Assembly (NCBI GenBank): GCA_964016885.1 | Contig: OZ024743.1 | Location: forward strand, 248,744,001 to 248,808,000 | Source of the DNA: Eledone cirrhosa | Lineage: Eukaryota | DNA length: 64,000 nucleotides | Direction of reading: 5' to 3' | Part shown: piece by piece, positions 41,674 to 57,334 of the stretch | How positions within the stretch are numbered: position 1 is the first letter of the stretch | Layout: every line of letters begins with the position of its first letter | Notes under the pieces: model-generated | Database searches by the model: none | What the model was told of the DNA's origin: nothing | Seen by the model: only the letters and a program-made list of their open reading frames with translations | Translations under genes and position numbers: made by a program

Positions 41674-42226
41674 TCTTATTTATAAGTTCTGAACAATTTT
41701 AAAATTAGTTTATAAATATATTTATTTATAAATTAGTGGTCTAGGTATAGGGGTTAGTGCTGGGCATAGTGTGTTCATCACAACATAGGTAGTAAGAGGG
41801 AAATTGGGAAATTGGGAGTGCCTTAATGGATGTAGCATGAGAACAAGAAGCTCTGTGAAGCCTTGTGTGTTCACTATTTCATCTCTCTCTATATATATAA
41901 TGAGATTTTACACCCTAACGTCTGTGGCATACACAAATACAGTATAATCAGACAAGAAAAAGAATTCTTTGATGACAGGCTTTCAATTAACCGACAAATT
42001 GGATCCCAACTTTATATTATGGACATGTCTTCTAGTAAAGAATAGTCAACAATCTTCATCAACAATGGAAGCTGTGTATTCAATGGTAAAATGCTGAATT
42101 GATTTCTTTATGAACATTTTAAACATTTGATCGAGTAGTTTTGACATCTGTTGCAGCAGACAACATGAGAACCACATATTATCACACTCTCTCCCTCTCT
42201 TGCATTTTATAAGTTTATTTCTGTGT

Positions 42227-43090
42227 CATCATCATCATCATTTAACGTCCATTTTTCCACACTAGCATGGTTTAGATGGGTTCTCCCGTTTGAGGCAAGT
42301 TGGGTCAGGTGACCGTGTCTTGCTCACACAGAACTGTTTCTGGCTGGTTTTCTACAGCTGGATGCCCTTCCTAACGCCAACAACATTTACAGTGTGTGCT
42401 GGACGCTTTTTGTCGTGACTCCTACATGACCATTTTACAGTGTGGGCTGGGTGCTTTTTGTTGTGACTCCTACATGACCATTTTACAGTGTGGGCTGGGT
42501 GCTTTTTGTTGTGACTCCTACATGACCACTTTACAGTGTGGGGTGGGTGCTTTTTGTTGTGACTCCTACATGACCACTTTACAGTGTGGGCTGGGTGCTT
42601 TTTGTTGTGACTCCTACATGACCACTTTACAGTGTGGGGTGGGTGCTTTTTGTTGTGACTCCTACATGACTACTTTACAGTGTGGGCTGGGTGCTTTTTG
42701 TTGTGACTCCTACATGACCACTTTACAGTGTGGGCTGGGTGCTTTTTGTTGTGACTCCTACATGACCACTTTACAGTGTGGGGTGGGTGCTTTTTGTTGT
42801 GACTCCTACATGACCACTTTACAGTGTGGGCTGGGTGCTTTTTGTTGTGACTCCTACATGACCACTTTACAGTGTGGGGTGGGTGCTTTTTGTTGTGACT
42901 CCTACATGACTACTTTACAGTGTGGGCTGGGTGCTTTTTGTCATGACTCCTACATGACCACTTTACAGTGTGGGCTGGAGGCTTCACTGGATGTATTCTA
43001 CAGCCTGTTCTCACGAGAGATGTATGGGAAAGTTGGTGGGATACATACTATATATATATGTATGCTTTAGCTTCAACCTGTGCCCATGGG
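42227..43090 (-). mobile_element. RTE 3' end containing a 48-bp tandem array (about 42386-42977, about 12 copies)
   Basis: (CAT)n tail; unit TTACAGTGTGGGCTGGGTGCTTTTTGTTGTGACTCCTACATGACCACT. Confidence 0.9.
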
Positions 43091-43267
43091 AAGGCGGGTC
43101 TTCTGTAGTGGTACCATCCAGTACCAAGCCACAAAACTTTGACTACACTGTGAGATGGGTTAGGCTCCTTCTATCGGTGCCATCTAGTACTTGGCTCCAA
43201 CTGGTCCCTCTGTATAGTGGTGCCATCCAATGCCAGGCTCCCAAACTGTGGTTCCGCACATGTTCCT

Positions 43268-43462
43268 CCACACTGTAAATGTGGTTGGTGTTAGGAATGG
43301 CATCTAGCTGTAAAATACCTGGCCAAATGTACAGTCCTCACCGAAGCAAGGTGTGACATGGCCAACTCTGGTCAGACTTGCCTCCAGGCATGGACAACCC
43401 ATCTAACCCATGCAAGTGTAGAAAAATTGACATTAAATGGTGATGATGATGATGATGATGAT
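43268..43462 (+). mobile_element. RTE-type 3' tail fragment
   Basis: ctgtaaatgtggttggtgttaggaa followed by (GAT)n. Confidence 0.75.
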
Positions 43463-43509
43463 ATATGTATGTGTGTATAAACATGTGAATATTTAAGCAT
43501 GTATGTATA

Positions 43510-43760
43510 TGTTGAAGTATCGGCCACTTTTCAATAAGTTTGTCATTGAACTTATAGCAGTGGAGATCTCTGGCATTCTGAGTCCCTAAACTACCTTCAC
43601 ACTGCTATCAGGATGGAGTTGACCACCTGCAGGAGTGAGCCCCAAGAGTTGGAATGGCTATTTCAGTGCATCTCCCTCACAATCCTCCAGGGTAACGCTG
43701 TCTCTAGTCTGTCTGCTGGGACCATGAGATGACATATGCCTGGGGTTCTGCACGTCGGAG
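43510..43760 (+). mobile_element. Second, diverged CRE endonuclease fragment
   Basis: ELIAVEISGIL..EPQELEWLFQCISLTILQGNAVS. Confidence 0.75.
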
Positions 43761-44366
43761 AGGCAGATCAGATGAACCAGAGTGACATCCTTTTATTGAC
43801 TGGCTCGTGCTGTTACTGGCATTCTCACTGCTATCAAGATAGCTGTAACTTCATCACAGTTTATTAAATTTCATTGCAAGACTCTTGCATACTTATTATA
43901 TATAAACATATCGTATATGCTTTCATATACACACCTATGATAAACCATGCTATGTTAGTGGCACCTCAGTATACCTCCCTTTCACCAGTCAAGTTCACAC
44001 AAAAATATAAATGAGCCTTTCCAGCCAATGTTTCATATGCAAAATCCATATAGGTTTTAGCCTATTTTGTCTCAGTAGCAAGTGAGTAAATGTCACTGAT
44101 GACAGATAAATATACAGAAATAGCTATCTGGCTTTCTTGCCGCTACTGAGATACCTGTGACATGATCACAACTTGTAGTGAGACTCGTATATTTATTATA
44201 CATAAACATATATCACAATAACAGTTTTGTGTGTGTTTTAAATGACAAAAATGACTCTTCCATGCTGTAATTGATTTTAGTTTCAACACACTATCTTAGA
44301 TCACAGTACAACTCCAAAATATGTATGTGTGTGTGTTTGCTTGTATCTGTGTGTTTGTGTATGTGT

Positions 44367-47300
44367 CATCATCATCATCATCATCATCGTTTAACGTCCA
44401 TTTTCCACGCAACCATGGGTCTGGATGGGAATTGTCCCACTTGAGGCAAGATTGGTTGTCTTGCTCAGGACTGTCTGACAGGTTTTCTACGGCTGAATGC
44501 CCTTCCTAACACTAACCATGTTTACAGTGTGGACTGGGAGGTTTTTATCGTGTTACCTACACAGCCACATCACAGCGTGGACTGTGTGTTTTTTTGTCGT
44601 GACACCTACACGACCTCATTTATTTAGGACTGGATGTTGTGGTACCAATATAGCTTTACATCGAAAGGGGTGGTGTAGATGGCGGTGGGGGTAGGGTTAG
44701 TGAGACGGAGGTGTATTTTGGTTAAGAGGTGCCTACTGACTGTAGGTTTCGCTTTGTACTTAGGCAAGGCGGGTCTTCTGTATTATGCATAGCGCCAAAG
44801 ATCTCGGTCCAGTGACATTGTCTTAGAGAGGTGTAAGTGTGTGAGGTCGGATTTTATCAAGTCATCCCAGGTTTTTCTGGGTCTGCCTACTCCGTAGCTA
44901 CCGTCTATTTTGATCGGCCTGCACTTTTTTATACAGCTGTCATCTTTCATGCGCATCACATGACCATACCAACATAGTCTTCTCTCGAGTAAACAGCATC
45001 TGATCCCTCTTATTCCTAATTTCTCACTTAGTTCATTTATGCTTTGCCGTTTGCGTATATTACTATTACACATCCAATGGAGCATGCAAGCTTCGTTCCT
45101 CTCCAGTCTGCGTAGATCCACTGCACACAAGGCCCATGTTTCACTGCCATGTAACATTGCTGTTCATATGCAGGCATCATACAGCCTGCCTTTTATTTTT
45201 AGAGAGAAACCTTTAGCGGCCAATAGTGGTATAAGCTCTCTGAACTTTTTCTATCCCATTCGGACTCTAGCTACAGTACTTTCGGAGCACCCTCCACCAC
45301 TGCTGATTTTGTCACCCAGGTAACGGAAGGTGTCCACTATTTCTATAGAACCATCTGGGCAATGGAATGAGCTAGTATTCTGTGGGCATTTGCTGCTACT
45401 TATTGCACCAGAGCACTGGCCACATAATAAATCTATATTCTTAATTAGCTTACCTGTGATCCCACTACATCTTTATGCACCCATACTTTGCATTTGGGAC
45501 TTAAAATGGAGTTTCTGCTTACTCCTTTCCTACACACTGAGCATAGCCATTTCCCAGATGGCACCGGTGCCCTATTCTCCTTCCTACATATTAGGACTTT
45601 AGTCTTAGACATGTTAACTTTAAGGCCTTTTGATTCTAGGCCATGCTTCCATGTTTGGAATTTCTTCTCTAGTTCAGCCATTGATTCGGTTATGAGTGTT
45701 AGATAATCTGCGTATAGGAGTTCCCATGGGCAGCCGGTCTTGAACTCCTCCGTTATAGCTTGGAGGGCGATAATAAATAGGAGGGGGCTAAGGATGGAGC
45801 CCTGATGAACACCAACTTTTACGCTAAACTCTTCACTATATTCGTAGTTAATTCTAACCTTGCTGACTGTTTCTTTATACATGGCTTGTATAGCTCTCAC
45901 AAGCCATTCATCTACACCTAGTTTTCTAAGAGCCCACCAGATAATGGAGCGGGGGACTCTGTCAAAGGCTTTCTCCAGGTCTACAAAAGCTAAGTAGAGG
46001 GGTTTACTTTTAGCTAGGTACTTCTGTAGTTGTCGTACAAGGAAAAGAGGGTCTGTGGTACTTTTACCTGACACAAACCCGAACTGCATTTCATCTAGAT
46101 CAATTCGCTCTCTGATTAGTTGCGCTATTACTTTTTCTGTGACCTTCATGACCTGGTCAATTAATTTAATGCCTCTATAGTTACCCCTATCTAAGGCATC
46201 TCCTTTACCCTTGTAGCAGTTAATGATGCTGCTGCTATGCCAGTCCTTTGGTATGACCCCATTCTGTATAACTTGGTTTACTATCTGGGTGACCATAGTG
46301 TGTCCCACCGTTCCAGATGCTTTCAGCATTTCAGCAACTATTTCCGAAGGCCCAGCTGCCTTACCCATCTTCATATCTTTGATTGCCTTACTTATTATAC
46401 TACCTTCAACTTGCACTGCTGGTCCCTCTATTGGATCGATGTGGGGAGGCTGTCTTTCTCCCATTTATTCTCCTCATTTAGTAGCCTTTCGTAGTGACAC
46501 TTCCAAGCTACCTTCTTATCAGCGTCAGTGATGGCAAGTACACCATCATCATTATGGACACACTTCTCCCCGACAATATCACGGTTCTCCTTGACACATT
46601 GTCTAGCAATCCTGAACACCTCACGTTTTTGGTCCTCGCGTTGTAGAACATGCTTGAACTTTCTGTCCTCTGCTTCCCTTCTTGCGAAGTACACATGTCT
46701 CCTAGCTTCCCTCCTGGCAACTTGATAGTCTTCTCTACTTCCTCCATCCTGCCATACTTTCCAAGCCTGCTTTTTGGCCTTGATCGACTCCTCCACCTTA
46801 CTGTTCCACCACCAAGTTACTCTCCTCCTGCCTATAGGTCTGCTACAGCCACAGATTTCATATGTCGCCTTCAGCAGGTTAGCTTTCAGAAATTCCCACT
46901 GTTCCTCTATATTGTACGACTCTAATTGCTCTTCCTTACTGTCAAAAGCATCAAGTAATATGCTTTTAAATTTATTACTGGCTGTGGGGTCCTTTAACTT
47001 CCATATTTTTCTCCTAAGGATAGTCCTCCTCTGTTGTCGAATACGTCTTGTACTGACTATGAGGTCGCTAACTATGAAGCTATGTTGGGAGGTGCATTCT
47101 TCATGGGGGAGGGATTTAGTGTTTACAACAGACACTCTGTCATGTCTTCTGGTAAGGATATAATCTATCTGACTGGTGTGTTCCCTTGATCTATAGGTGA
47201 TCAAGTGATTGTCTCGTTTTTTGAAGTTTGTATTACAGATAGTTGGATTATTTGCATCACAGAATTCCAGGATTCTGGAACCTTCCTCATTTTTAGTACC

Positions 47301-48309
47301 AAACCCATAGCCTCCATGGATTCTGTCATAGCCGTCAAAGTGTTGTCAAATGTGACCATTTAGGTCGCCAGCAATAATTATATGGTCACTGTCGGTTATT
47401 TGGGAGGTAATGAGCATTAACGACTCATAGAATCTGTCTTTTATAATGCCAGGCAGACCGGGTTGGGGTGCATATATTATTGTCACAGTAGTTCTATTGA
47501 GGACAAGTCTTATTTTAATTATTCTGTCGTTCACTCTATTTACGTCTATTATCTTATCTACCCATTTTTCTGCTAGCATGATTCCTACTCCACCCAACCC
47601 ATTGTCATTTCCCACCCAGAAAAGCTTATAACATCGTTTTTTTACCCACAATGAATCTAGCAGACCCACCCCTCCACCTGGTCTCTTGAATACAGCAAAC
47701 ATCAACCTCCTTACGTTCAAGCATCTCTACAACATCGTTAGAGCAACCTTTTAAGGTACCTACATTCATGGTACCAACTCTGATGTTTTGGATTGCGATT
47801 GGTGGGTGGGAAGGACAGGGTGCAGGGAGGGGTAAGGGGATGGGGCTATGTTAGCCCTCCGCGGCCTAAATAAAGAGGAGGAGTCCTTGCATTCTCGTCC
47901 AGCAGCATGAGGTGAATTTGTCTTTATCTTTGGCATTGTCACTGAGTGTCCAGATTTTTTCAGACTCTCCAGAATTCCATAGTCCATCCATCATATCGAA
48001 AGGCAACCATGTCTAAACTTAAGAAGTGATAACATAGGCCGCTGTGAGTGGGGGTGGGGGGTGGGATCTGGGGTAGTTAGCGAGAAGGTTATAAAATAAA
48101 ATCCCCGAAATTTTTGACCATAATTGAACAAGCATATAACTGTAATATGGGAAGAATTATGGGATTTTAAAATACAAGAAGATTATTTTGAACGATCAGA
48201 CAGAATTATCGAATAGCATTGAAAAAGAAAAGGTTATATTCTGGACGATATGATACAGATAGATGAATGGACCAGGTAAACATGGAGAGATGGTTATAAA
48301 ATAAAATCC
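44367..48309 (-). mobile_element. Full-length (~3.94 kb) RTE LINE subfamily A, pseudogenised
   Basis: 5' UTR, APE start (VGTMNVGTLKG, CCIQETRW), RT, 3' UTR and (GAT)n tail. TSD ATGTGT(CAT)n at 44361 and 48310. Confidence 0.95.
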
Positions 48310-48315
48310 ATGTGT

Positions 48316-49897
48316 CATCATCATCATCATCATCATCATCAACGTTTAACGTCCGTGTTCCACGCTTGCATGGGTTTGGACGGGGGTTTTCCCACTTGAG
48401 GCAAGAGTGATTGTCTTGCTCGCATAGGACTGTCTGGCAGGTTTTCTACAGTTGGATGCCCTTCCTAACACCAACCACATTTACAGTGTGGGTTTGGGAG
48501 GTTTTTACCGTGTTGCCTACACGGCCACATTACAGCGTGGACTGTGTGTTTTTTTGTCGTGACACCTACACGATCTCATTTGTTTCGGCCTGGATGGTGT
48601 GGCACCAACATAACTTTACATAGAAGGGGGAGGTGTGGGTGGGTGGGGGTGGTGGGACTGGGGTGTATTTTGTTAGAGATGCCTACTGACTGTAGTAGGT
48701 TTTACTATGTATTTAGGTAAGGCGGGTCTTCTCTATTACTGAGTACCGCCAAAGGTCTCGGTCCAGTGACATTGTCTTGGAGAGGTGTAAGTGTGTGAGG
48801 TCGGAGTTTATCTGCTCGTCCCAGGTTTTTCTAGGTCTGCCTATTCCGTGGCTACCGTCTATCTTTATTGCCCTGCACTTTGTTAAACAGCTATCGACTT
48901 TCATGCGCATCACGTGTCCATACCAACGTAGCCTTCTCTCGAGTAAACAACATCTGATCCCTCTTATTTCTAATTTTTTCTTTAGTTCGTTTATGCTTTG
49001 CCGTTCACGTATATTACTATTACACATCCAGCGAAGCATGCAAGCTTCGTTCCTCTCTTGTCTGCGTATATCCTCTGCACACAATGCCCAGGTCTCACTG
49101 CCATGCAACATTGCAGTTCGTATGCAGGCATCATACAACCTGCCTTTCGTTTTTAGGGAGAACCCTTTAGCGGCTAATAGTGGTATAAGCTCTCTGAACT
49201 TTTTCCATCCAGTTCTGACTCTAGCTACTGTACTTTCAGAGCACCCTCCCCCACTGCTGATTTTGTCACCCAGGTAACGGAAGCTGTCCACTATTTCTAT
49301 AGATCCCTCTGCGCAGTTGAAAGAGCTAGTATTTTGTGGGCACTTGCTGCTACTTATTGCACCAGAGCAGCAGCCACATGTGAAATCTATGTTCTTAGTT
49401 AGCTTACCTGTGGGACCGCCGCCTTATTTTCTTTCCTACAAACTAGAACTTTGGTCTTAGCCAGATTAATTTTAAGGCCTTTTGATTCTAGGCCGTGCTT
49501 CCATGTTTGGAATTTCTTCTCTAGCTCGGCCATTGATTCAGCTATGAGTGTTAGGTCGTCTGCGTATAGGAGTTCCCATGGGCAGCCGGTCTTGAACTCC
49601 TCTGTTATAGCCTGAAGGACAATAATAAATAGTAGGGGGCTGAGAACAGAGCCCTGATGGACGCCAACTTTTACGCTAAACTCTTCACTATATTCGTTGT
49701 TAATTCTAACCTTGCTGACTGTTTCTTTATATATGGCTTGTATAGCTCTCACAAGCCATTCGTCGACACCTCGTTTTCTTAGGGCCCACCAGATAATGGA
49801 ACGGGGGACTCTGTCGAAGGCTTTCTCCAAGTCGACAAAAGCTAAGTAGAGGGGTTTACTTTTAGGTAGGTATTTCTCCTCTAGTTGTCGTACAATG
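48316..49897 (-). mobile_element. RTE subfamily A, 5'-truncated, with a ~100-bp deletion in the PHD region
   Basis: Near-identical to 14866-16530; deletion junction at about 49411. Confidence 0.95.
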
Positions 49898-49924
49898 ATG
49901 TATATATATATACATATACATATG

Positions 49925-49959
<35 letters not shown>

Positions 49960-50002
49960 GTATATATATATATGTATATATATATATGTATACATATATA
50001 TG

Positions 50003-50067
<65 letters not shown>

Positions 50068-50102
50068 GCATATATATATATATATGTACATATATATATA
50101 TG

Positions 50103-50150
<48 letters not shown>

Positions 50151-50163
50151 TACATATATATGC

Positions 50164-50236
<73 letters not shown>

Positions 50237-50253
50237 TATATGTATATATATAT

Positions 50254-50285
<32 letters not shown>

Positions 50286-50321
50286 GTATATGTGTATATA
50301 CATATATATATATATATATAT
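49898..50321. repeat. (TA)n/(TATG) microsatellite
   Basis: Visible directly in the sequence. Confidence 0.95.
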
Positions 50322-52454
50322 AACTTACTAGAGGCGACGGATGAGGTTTGTGGCTGGAGTAAGATCTCAAGCAGGAGGAGAGTGACTTGGTGGTGGAACA
50401 ATAAGGTAGATGAAGCAGTCAAGGCCAAGAGACAGGCATGGAAAGAATGGAAGAACGGGGGGAGCAGGGTACATTACATAAAGACCAAGAGGGAAGCTAG
50501 GCGACAAGTATACTTAGCTAGGAGGGAAGCAGAGGATAGAAAATTCAAGCATGTTTTACAACGTGAGGACCAGAAACAGGAGGTATTCAAGATTGCGAGG
50601 CAGTGTGTCAGAGATAGTTGTGATGTCATTGGAGAGAAGTGTATCCGGAATGATAAAGGTGAGCTTGCCCTCACAAGTGCTGAGAAGAAAGATGCATGGA
50701 AGAGTCATTATGATAGATTACTAAATGAGGAGAATGCATGGGAAGAAGAGACCCTACCCCACGTAGACCCTATAGAGGGACCAGCAGTACAAGTCAGCGG
50801 CAGCGTAGTAAGTAAGGCAATCAGAGATATGAAGATAGGGAAGGCAACCGGTCCATCGGGTATAGCTGCCGAGATGCTGAAGGCATCTGGGTCTGTAGGT
50901 CACACTATAACCACACGTATCGTTAACCAGGTAATACTAGAGGGGGCCATACCAAAAGATTGGTGCAGTAGCATCATTGTCAACTGCTACAAAGGTAAAG
51001 GCGATGCACTAGATAGAGGAAACTATAGAGGTATAAAGTTGATGGACCAGGTCATGAAAGTAACAGAAAGAGTTATAGCACAGCTGATTAGGGACCGGGT
51101 GAATATAGACGAGATGCAATTTGGGTTTGTACCAGGGAAAGGCACCACTGATGCCCTCTTCCTTGTGAGGCAATTACAGGAAAAGTACCTAGCTAAAAGT
51201 AAGCCACTCTACTTGGCATTTGTCGACCTTGAGAAAGCCTTTGACAGAGTTCCACGTGCAGTAATCTGGTGGGCTCTTAGAAAACTAGGAGTAGATGAAT
51301 GGCTTGTGAAAGTGGTACAAGCCATGTATAGGGGAGCAGTCAGCAAAGTTAGGATTGGCAATGAGTATAGCGAGGAATTTAGCGTACAGGTTGGGGTCCA
51401 CCAGGGCTCTGTTCTTAGCCCTCTCCTGTTCATCATAGTCCTGCAGGCAATAACGGAGGAGTTTAAGACCGGATGCCCATGGGAACTCCTGTATGCTGAT
51501 GACCTCGCACTCATAGCTGAATCTATGGCAGAACTAGAGAATAAATTCCAAACCTGGAAGCAGGGACTAGAGAGAAAGGGCCTCCAAGTCAACATGACAA
51601 AGACTAAGGTCCTTGTAAGTAGACGAGAAAACAGAACCCAGATCCCCTCAGGGAAATGGCCTTGCTCAGTATGTAGGAAAGGTGTAGATAGGAACTCCAT
51701 TCTCTGCCCCAAATGCAAACAATGGGTACACAAGAGATGTAGCGGGATCTCAGGAAGCTTAATTAAGAATGTAGGATTCACATGCAGCAGCTGTGCTGAA
51801 ACAGCAAGCAAACAGCCACAGGAAACAAGTACCACCAATCTCTGGGAGGGCCCTGTAGAAACAGTAGACAGCTTCTGCTACCTAGGTGACCGAATTAGCA
51901 ACGGAGGTGGGTGCTCAGAAAGTACAATAACTAGGGTAAGAACGGGATGGAAGAAGTTTAGGGAACTACTACCACTGCTAGCTGCAAAAGGCTTCTCCCT
52001 CAGAATGAAAGGCAGACTGTATGATGCGTGTATCCGAACAGCGATGTTGCATGGTAGTGAGACCTGGGCGCTGAAGGTGGAAGACTTACGTAGATTAGAG
52101 AGAAACGAAGCCTGCATGCACCGATGGATGTGTAACAGTAATATACGTGAACGACAAAGCATAAAGGAATTGAGAGAGAGACTGAGCATAAGAGGAATCA
52201 AATGCTGCGTGCAGGAGAGGCGGTTACGCTGGTATGGACATGTGATGCGTATGAAGGATGACAGCTGCATAAAAAGGTGCAGAGCACTAGAAGTTGATGG
52301 AAACCGCGGAGTGGGGAGACCCAAGATGACTTGGGATGAGGTGATAAAAGCCGACCTTACCCAACTACACCTCTCAAAGTCAATGACACACGACCGTGAC
52401 TTCTGGCGTCACGCAGTAATACAGGGTACCCGACCTCCCATGGGTACATGCTGA
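50322..52454 (+). CDS. RTE ORF (linker, RT, PHD-like finger and C-terminus), 710 open codons
   Basis: This is the real part of ORF 49986-52454; it contains LLYADD and the other RT motifs with no stops. Confidence 0.93.
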   Translation, partial: NLLEATDEVCGWSKISSRRRVTWWWNNKVDEAVKAKRQAWKEWKNGGSRVHYIKTKREARRQVYLARREAEDRKFKHVLQREDQKQEVFKIARQCVRDSCDVIGEKCIRNDKGELALTSAEKKDAWKSHYDRLLNEENAWEEETLPHVDPIEGPAVQVSGSVVSKAIRDMKIGKATGPSGIAAEMLKASGSVGHTITTRIVNQVILEGAIPKDWCSSIIVNCYKGKGDALDRGNYRGIKLMDQVMKVTERVIAQLIRDRVNIDEMQFGFVPGKGTTDALFLVRQLQEKYLAKSKPLYLAFVDLEKAFDRVPRAVIWWALRKLGVDEWLVKVVQAMYRGAVSKVRIGNEYSEEFSVQVGVHQGSVLSPLLFIIVLQAITEEFKTGCPWELLYADDLALIAESMAELENKFQTWKQGLERKGLQVNMTKTKVLVSRRENRTQIPSGKWPCSVCRKGVDRNSILCPKCKQWVHKRCSGISGSLIKNVGFTCSSCAETASKQPQETSTTNLWEGPVETVDSFCYLGDRISNGGGCSESTITRVRTGWKKFRELLPLLAAKGFSLRMKGRLYDACIRTAMLHGSETWALKVEDLRRLERNEACMHRWMCNSNIRERQSIKELRERLSIRGIKCCVQERRLRWYGHVMRMKDDSCIKRCRALEVDGNRGVGRPKMTWDEVIKADLTQLHLSKSMTHDRDFWRHAVIQGTRPPMGTC

Positions 52455-52749
52455 AGCATATAAACAATATGCCCCCCCCCCCCCCCCCCCCCCCCCCACC
52501 GCAAGGTGGCCGTGGAGGTGCCACGGCAAAAAAGCACCCAGCCCACACTGTAAAGTGGACGTGTAGGCGCCACGAAAAAGCACCCAGCACTCACTGTAAA
52601 TGAGGTTGGTGTTAGGAAGGGCATCCAGCTGTAGAAATCAAGCCAGATCAGTTCCTGTATGAGCAAGGCATGGTCAGCCGACCAGACACTGCCCACAACA
52701 GGACAACCCGTCTAACCCATGCTAGCGTGGAAGAACGGACGTAAAACGG

Positions 52750-52780
<31 letters not shown>
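50322..52780 (+). mobile_element. RTE LINE subfamily B, 5'-truncated, young
   Basis: Open ORF, complete 3' UTR and (GAT)n tail. Confidence 0.97.
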
Positions 52781-52781
<1 letters not shown>

Positions 52782-52783
52782 TG

Positions 52784-52834
<51 letters not shown>

Positions 52835-52835
52835 G

Positions 52836-52898
<63 letters not shown>

Positions 52899-52931
52899 GC
52901 ATATACACATATGTATATATATATACATATG

Positions 52932-52962
<31 letters not shown>

Positions 52963-52996
52963 GTATACATATATATGTATACATATATATGTATAC

Positions 52997-53054
<58 letters not shown>

Positions 53055-53142
53055 GTACATATACATATGTATATATATATATATATGTATTTATATATAT
53101 GTATATATATATATGTATATGTATTTATATATATGTATATAC

Positions 53143-53174
<32 letters not shown>

Positions 53175-53178
53175 ATAT
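52781..53178. repeat. (TA)n-rich microsatellite
   Basis: Visible directly in the sequence. Confidence 0.95.
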
Positions 53179-53179
53179 G

Positions 53180-53490
53180 TATATTGTTATACTTGGGGAG
53201 GGTCATATTTGCGTAATATTGCCACAATTAATAACAGAACACACTCACTGTTTGGTTGGTTTTCGCTTCTCGCTGTCTTTTATATCTGCGATCTAACTTA
53301 CTCGGTCCTCAATGTTGCCATTGACTGACCGACGGTCAAAAATAATACAGATACAATATAGACACAAACACATATATATAGTTTACATAATTTACATAAA
53401 TCTTTCGTTGCACATCTGCAACATCGTCAGTGGTGTTATATTCATTGTTCCTCCTGTTGTGTTGTATGTCTACGCCATTTTTTATTCAGA
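53180..53490 (-). mobile_element. PLE pLTR (second family) with a hammerhead-like motif at 53395-53435
   Basis: Homologous to 14000-14280. Confidence 0.85.
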
Positions 53491-53491
53491 C

Positions 53492-55405
<1,914 letters not shown>

Positions 55406-56132
55406 TATAAATGTGTGTGAGCATGTATGTCTATGTATATGTAAGTGCATGTGTGTTCATGCACATATGTGTTTATGTTAGAAACCTAATATCACATGCA
55501 TCAAAATTCTGGAAGCGATGATACAAATTAGATATTGCATATTCTAGAAGTGAATAAGTAAAACATTTATTAAAATCTCTGAAAACTCATGTCTTCACAC
55601 TTGCATATATGTCTGTACATGTGTGTGTGTGTGTACAATGGAGAACTTCATACACACACACTCACTAACACACACTAACACACACGCACGCGCACACATA
55701 TACAAACACATGCACATGCATATGTGCTGACATGTGCTCTCTCATACTCATACACACACAAACATGTAACTTAAATGCCCATACACACACATATATATGC
55801 CCTTCAAATTGTGTAATTTCCAAATTCTCTTCTAATACATATAAAATCAATATTTCTAATTATGCAAAACATATTTCTAAAATGCAAACATCTCTAAACA
55901 TGACTAATAGGCTTTGCTTGACACAAATATCCTTAATATATTCTTTTACCCATTTACAGGTTTCAGTTATAAGATTGCAGTCATGCTTGGGCACTACCTT
56001 AATATATTTGTAATATATTTATTTTTATCTATATATCAGGGAAATATTTTCTCTTGACTACAGGAAGCATGTATAGGCAATGGAATCAACCCTATTATAT
56101 TACTGGTTCTTCATTTTCTTAACACTTTTGAT

Positions 56133-56350
56133 TTAACCCTTTAGCATTTAAACTGGCCATACCCAGCCAGAATTCTCTCACCTCTTTCTATTCAAACCAG
56201 CAATAACCAGCCACTCATACTAACATTAAGGTATTGTTCTCAAAATAAATAACATCAAAATCACATAGATTCAATATTATGTGACATAATTATGTGAGGT
56301 AAAGCCTTTACCATAGAATATATAGAGTAATGTAAATGCTAAAGGGTTAA
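56133..56350 (+). mobile_element. Complete piggyBac-like MITE
   Basis: TTAA-CCCTTTAGCATTTA...TAAATGCTAAAGGG-TTAA, with perfect 14-bp TIRs. Confidence 0.9.
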
Positions 56351-57334
56351 ATATATTTGTCTTGTACATTGCCTTTCTTTGTTTCCAGTCACTTCTTTAC
56401 ATCGACACGCTTCTCCTTGTCCTTCTCCTCTTTCAATATTTTCTCTATTTCATTTGCCTATCATCCACTTTGTGGATTGTCGCTCTGTTGACCACTGGCC
56501 GCTGGTCTCTGTCCTCTGAGACATTTTTGCCGATCACTGTCTTTGACAATATTTAAGCTATTTTGATGGCTGTTCTTGCGATGAATTTTCTCCTTTTTAT
56601 ATGTGTATAAATAAATTTATTATACAAGGATATAACTACAGTTATCCCAGGTAGGTGATAGTGAATGACTGAGTATTCATTTATCAAATCATGGTAGTTA
56701 AGACAGGATTAAATCACCATAATTGTTTATTGCGTTATATATATTTCTGTTACATGGTTACTCATGTGACTCCATCAGATGCTTACGCAATCATTGGTGC
56801 AGTTATGCAATCATTGTCCATCCACATAACCCATGACCAGTTATGGCCAAAGGAAATTCTTTTCTTCCCTTACATTCAGAGTTCAAATTCTGCCATGGTC
56901 AACTTCACCTTTCATTAGTCCAGTCTTGATAAAATAAGTTCCACTTGTGTACAGAGGGTGATATAATCAACTATACCAACCCCCTAAATTTCATTCTATT
57001 AAAGCTAAATAGTGAGTCTTGTTACCTTTTGTAGGTGTCATGAGAAAAAGCACTCAGTACTCACTATAAATATGGTTGGTGTTAGGAAGATCATCCAGCT
57101 GTAGAAACCAAAAAATTATAAAGGAGTGCAAAAAGTTTCTGTTATTCCCTCTATAAAACATTAGAGATTGCTTTTATGCCTTTTAGTGATTTTTGTGTCT
57201 TCATCAAAAGACTTGTGACTCAATGTAAGTTCTTTCACATTGGATCCTGTGTGTAGATTCTGTTTAATCAACTATGGATAACTCATTGGTATTATAGGCA
57301 CAGGCATAGTTATATGGTTGAGGAGTTTGTTTCA

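Noticed and set aside
42396-43070. 224-aa Cys-rich repeat protein
   Set aside because: It results from a 48-bp repeat (a multiple of 3) read antisense to an RTE UTR.
48316-52780. A single RTE with a 5' inversion
   Set aside because: The two divergent pieces belong to different subfamilies and each has its own tail.
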